Source: Paragordius varius (lineage: Eukaryota; Animalia; Nematomorpha). From it: DNA of 64,000 nt. Below the pieces are notes generated by a model. The model saw only the letters and a list, made by a program, of their open reading frames with translations, was not told the origin of the DNA and searched no databases. This document shows, one piece after another, positions 59,201-64,000 of this stretch. The stretch spans positions 5,828,001 through 5,892,000 of the forward strand of contig OZ176056.1 in NCBI GenBank assembly GCA_964247055.1, written 5' to 3'. A program made the translations under genes and the position numbers. The stretch's first letter is position 1. Each line of letters begins with the position of its first letter.

Positions 59201-60379
59201 AATATCATTAAAGTATATGATATACTATATTTAAGAATCAAATTTAAAATTGATATGAGCTCAGAATTATTATTGTGACCAGTCCGAAATGTTAGGAAAC
59301 GGTAAAAAAACATATTAATTTATATAATATAATTTGATTATACTAAAGATGAATCACCTCAAAATTGCAATTAAAAGGTAAGGTTTAAAATTTGGGGGAT
59401 TCTAAAAAATATGTGAAAAAATTAATAGGAATATTTAGCAGAATTATATAAAAAATGCAAATTTATGATTGCAAGCGTTTTTTGACAGTTTCCATAATGC
59501 CTCCATATGGTATAAAGTAAGCTTCAACAAAATATTGCTATAAATTCAATCTTTACGCATTTTTTGATACAGAAATTTTTGATGATACAATTTGGCCTAT
59601 ATTAAAACTTTATTGCGCAATCTCGGCCCTTTCGTGTTCTTTAAGAATTTCTTATTAAATCTCGCAATTTTGATTTGAAAACGTAATTGTAGGTTTAACA
59701 TAATTTTGATATGTATATATGACTTTTTGTTGTCATGACAAAAATATTTGCCATTGATTCTGAGCAACAAAGAATTATTTATTCATGAATAAATATTAAA
59801 CCACCTACGTTGGGCTAATGGACTATACCGAAACTTGGCTGGTATTTTTTAAACCTAAACCAGATTGATTCAATCTTGTAGTTTTATTAATCTTTCTGAT
59901 AAAAAGTTTAAAACTCAATAAACCTTATAATTTTAAATTATATGTTTAAGAAACCCCTTTTCAAAACTAATTTTTTCTTTTTAAACATTACAAAAAACTT
60001 ATTAATTGCAGAAATAAAAACGGTCCATTCTTCATTACAACAGTTCCATTTGATTTCATTATAAAATATTCTGAAATCAAAGTGGGTAATACACTTTTAA
60101 ATAATTAAAAAATATAACCCAGACCATATTCACTTATATAACTGCTTTGAAATCGGTAATCTTTGGATAGGGTTTGAGTTTTAAATAAACAAATTAGGGG
60201 CCGTTAATTTATAATTAAAACAGTTACTTATGTCTTTAATATATGGCCTATTATTTTGTTACCTCTTTTTTAATTCGGTAGAAATTATAATGGTAAAAAG
60301 TGTATTCTAGAAAAAAACATGGAATGATTTTTATAATAGGTAATTTAAAATATCAAATTTATTTTTATCTGTTTTCACT

Positions 60380-62770
60380 TTACGTACAATGTCCGATTAT
60401 GTAGATATTAAGTCACGGAATATGATAGATAATCCTTAAAACAAATTTAAGGATAACTAAAATCAATAAACTGTTACCTATGGAAAGAATAAGTTAATTA
60501 GTTAATCTCATAACTTAATATGATACTAGATACAATGATAAAATGTGTCTGTATTCAATTTTAAGCGCGTTGTTTAAGGCCAAAAAGTATGAAAATGTAA
60601 ATGCTCTTAGTAGGGGTTAACGCGCAGCTAAAAAAAATTTTACGGCCCACGAAAAATTAAATAAAAAACAAATAAAAAATATCTCTGTGAAAATTATATC
60701 AATTACTTTAAATATTATTTTTACTTAGTAATTAATTCAAAATCATATCCATTTAATTATTAAAATAATTAATTGTTCGGTAAAGAGTTATTTTAATGCC
60801 GTTTAAATTATATGTAACACATATCACCCTTAATTGGAATTGGTAAAATACTATGAGTTAATTTCAAAAATTATTAAATTTTTTTAGTCGTAAACTGTAA
60901 AATTAGGTATACTTTTTATTGAAGAACGTAACTTCCTAAATAAATATTATATCATACCAAAATTTGCCAAGGCAATATACAATAAATAAAAAATTTGGGA
61001 GAAACATTGTCGTATTACAGTAGAGGATAGAAAAACAACAAAATGTATTTTGTTGTCCATTTGTTTTATTTGCTCAATGGGGCCAGTCTATTTTTTGAGC
61101 TGAAAATTCGGCCCTTAACGCTATTTGTATTGAGCACCCCTGCTATAAAGCATGCCCTAACTCTTCACACAATTCCCATTTATATTAGTTGATAGGATCC
61201 AGTTAATCTAATCATATAACGCTATAATATAATCAACTACTATTGTAATTTATTGATACATAATAAATGACATACTAATATTTTTGTGTTTATGTAATGT
61301 GTCAAATACTAGAAAATGGCCGATCATCAGTATTTATTTGGGTTTTTCTAGCAAAATTTAATTTATCCTATAACCGCGGTATATGCTGAATTAAATTTTC
61401 GAATATTGGCTTCAGAGCTTACTAAGACGACACAATTAATGCAGATGCCATATTAGATTTAGTACAATATTACGATTGGGAGCAAATCCTATATGAGTGT
61501 GAGAAAGGTTTATATTTTTATTTTACCATATCTTTTTTGATCTTATGCGTTTTGTTTTGGCCCAAATTGGAAATAAGATTTTTTATACAAATTTATGTTT
61601 TCATGGAATCATAAACTTACAACACTCGTCAAAGAAAGAGCGGATGATTACATAAATACGTTTGCAGCTAATAATTGTTTAATAGACCCTAAAATTCAAA
61701 ATAAAAATGCAAAAATAGAGATGAGGTTGCTTAGATACATACAGTTATAAGTTGATACAAAAAATGGGCATGAATCGACTTCGTTATCATTTTGATTATA
61801 CAATGATTAAATTTAATTTTGAAGAGTATAAAATAAAAATTTTATTGATTTTTTCACACAGTTATTCGCTGTGTTTACCATTTTGTGATGATATGCTACC
61901 AAATATTTGTTATATTCAACAAATATTTAATTCAATTAGTTTTTTCTTTAAGAAAAATGATATTAAATTTTTTGCGTAGGATTTATTTAGTGCATCATGC
62001 TATATCCCAACCAATTATCGAATTATTACATTATATTTCCGTATTTAGGATATAAGAATTTAGATTTCACTGACTTCCGTGGAGCCAATGTATTTGGATT
62101 TTCTTTCTTTCGTCAACTGATAATTATAAGAAATGCCATAGTAATGCAATAAATAGCTATCACAATATCACTTAAATTATAAAACATTAACATGACCTCA
62201 AAAGTCTGATTGTTTTAATATATTAAAATTTTTGATAAGAGTCAATTCTAATAAATGAGATAGTATTAAAAAATGAGTACTTAATTGACATAACAGTTGA
62301 AATAGTTGATTTTACATTTCGCTTGCATTCGCCAATAAAAGAATTTATATATCTGAAGATAAACTTGAATTGCCTCAGCCAATGAAAAGAAAGCTGTGCA
62401 AATATCAATATACACTTCTTATTCAACGACACTCCAACAGCACGCAAAGCCTGGTTAAAGCATTTACGACTGCAAGAAATTATACTTTAACAGTAAAAAT
62501 TTTCTTTTTTTATATAAATGATAGATATGTCCAAAAATAATTAAATGTATTGATAAAAACGAAAAAAGTAGACCTTTTTTCCTGTAAATTTATGGTGTTA
62601 TCTATCAAATATAATTAAATTAGAAAAAACTATTTAATCTCTCTTCTTTATGTGTTTTTTAAACTGTTTTTATAATTAAAAATTTGACATGACACCAAAA
62701 AAACGGTGTTTTCTTTTTGGCAAATTTTTCCTGGCTTATAAATACGTCATAGAATCAAGCAAGATGTTTA
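60380..62770 (+). pseudogene. Degenerate inverted duplicate of the 5' (amino-terminal domain) part of the glutamate receptor gene, including introns
   Basis: Colinear matches to the reverse complement of ~53430-51450: gcgcgttgtttaaggcc (60565) to exon 53232; aatattggcttcagagctt (~61402) to 52890-52910; aaacttacaacactcgtcaaagaaaga (61612) to ~52637-52663; atgggcatgaatcgac (~61765); ttgcattcgccaataaaagaattt (~62323); tagaatcaagcaagatgttt (~62750). It carries deletions and stops. Confidence 0.9.
60611..61142. mobile_element. hAT-type MITE inserted in the first duplicated receptor exon
   Basis: Ends taggggtt.. / ..ttgagcacccctg. The receptor homology stops at 60610 and resumes at 61143. The flanks (gctcttag / ctataaag) correspond to the parental site ctttaaag, i.e. 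a decayed TSD. Confidence 0.65.
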
Positions 62771-64000
62771 TCCTCATAAATGTGAAAATAAGTTTAAAAA
62801 TAACTTTAGAAAAGTTATTTTTACATCAAAATATATTAAAAAAACCACTGAAAAAAAATTAAAACTTTTTTCCTTTATGTTAAATTAATAATCTACCATT
62901 TGTAGAGTTATGGAAATTAAGCTCACCTGATTCACTCTTATTTTCTTTTGATACTAATTTTATTTTAAATAAGGTCTTAAATTTATATAATTATATTTAT
63001 GAAATATATCTATGAGGTTTCAATTTTTCTGTAGAATGCCCATTACCTCTAAGTATAGAATTAAGCAATTACGCATGATTGAGATAAATAGGCCGTTAAA
63101 GATTCATGTATAATTTGTATACTTTTTTGAACAAAACACCGAATCCAGCATGTTAAAATTTAAGAAGAAAATAATTAAAGACAAAACATAAAAATATTTT
63201 ACAAAAAAACCAATTTTATAAATATCCTTTAACGATAAAATTAAAATAGCCTACTGAAATTTTTTCATAGTGCCACACCGCTAATGATTCAAACGAATTT
63301 TGACATTATTGCGCCATCAATAATCAAATATGTATTTTGGCGAATAACTTCTTAAAAAACTCTAAAGTATTAGTTCTTAGAATCTGTTGAATTCAATGTA
63401 TATTAAGTAAATTTAGTGCCTCAACATATCTCAAATCATAAATAGTGACCTTTAAGTCACTCTAATTACTGATGATTTTAGTTGCAATCCTTTTAAAAGA
63501 AAATTTATTGAGAATACAAAATCTTGGCAAAATCAATTAAAAATAAATCCCAGCCATAGTATTTGATTTTCCACTTTCTTTAGCTTCCATCCTAGATCCA
63601 TTATTTGCTACTTCTGCATATTATAAAATACATACTATATAATTGCTATATCTAAGTTAATATATATTGCTAAGTTGATCATAAATGTAGTTATTATAAT
63701 TTAGAGACAACCCACTATATCTCTTAATCGGTAAATATATAATCTCAAAATAATAATTTTTAGCAATCGGCTATTTTTAAATAATTTGATATAATTTTTT
63801 ACAACATGTAAGTAAAGTGGTGAACATCAGATGGTTAAATAATTCACATTTTTTAATTTAATAATTTGGCTAATTTTGTTGAAAAAGCTTTCATATAATA
63901 TATAAAATAAAGTGTAATATCCATCAGATTGAAATAATTAAAAATTAAATTTTATTTTTTGAATATAATCGAACTTTCATCAAAATTATTTAAAGAATTT

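Noticed and set aside
63469-63502. Hammerhead-like core CTGATGA-stem-GAAA
   Set aside because: Stem II is only A/T pairs with the wrong closing pair, and no valid stem III/NUH cleavage site can be formed. It is likely chance in AT-rich DNA.

Overview
A very AT-rich, intron-containing animal (invertebrate-type) genomic window; the species cannot be determined from the sequence. I can reconstruct three protein-coding genes by splicing. (1) A small three-exon gene on the + strand (2634-7063) encodes a 90-aa signal-peptide protein with four mature cysteines that I do not recognise and that is absent from the ORF track. (2) A ~34-exon DENND5/Rab6IP1-like gene on the - strand (7388-41680) has uDENN-DENN-dDENN-RUN-PLAT-RUN architecture; one splice junction is unresolved and there are candidate 21-24 nt introns near its start. 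(3) An AMPA-type ionotropic glutamate receptor gene on the - strand (46931-53232, 15 exons in consistent phase); its signal-peptide exon was not located. A degenerate inverted copy of the receptor's 5' half lies at ~60380-62770. Introns and intergenic DNA hold many decayed mobile elements: Ty3/Gypsy remnants (two form a ~6 kb head-to-head palindrome), a Penelope-like element with inverted termini, RTE-type LINEs, two non-autonomous Helitrons, Tc1/mariner-type and hAT-type MITEs with target-site duplications, a tRNA-related SINE and (TA)n tracts. No rRNA, intact tRNA or CRISPR array was seen. Identity figures are by-eye estimates, and homology calls come from recalled family motifs, not database searches.
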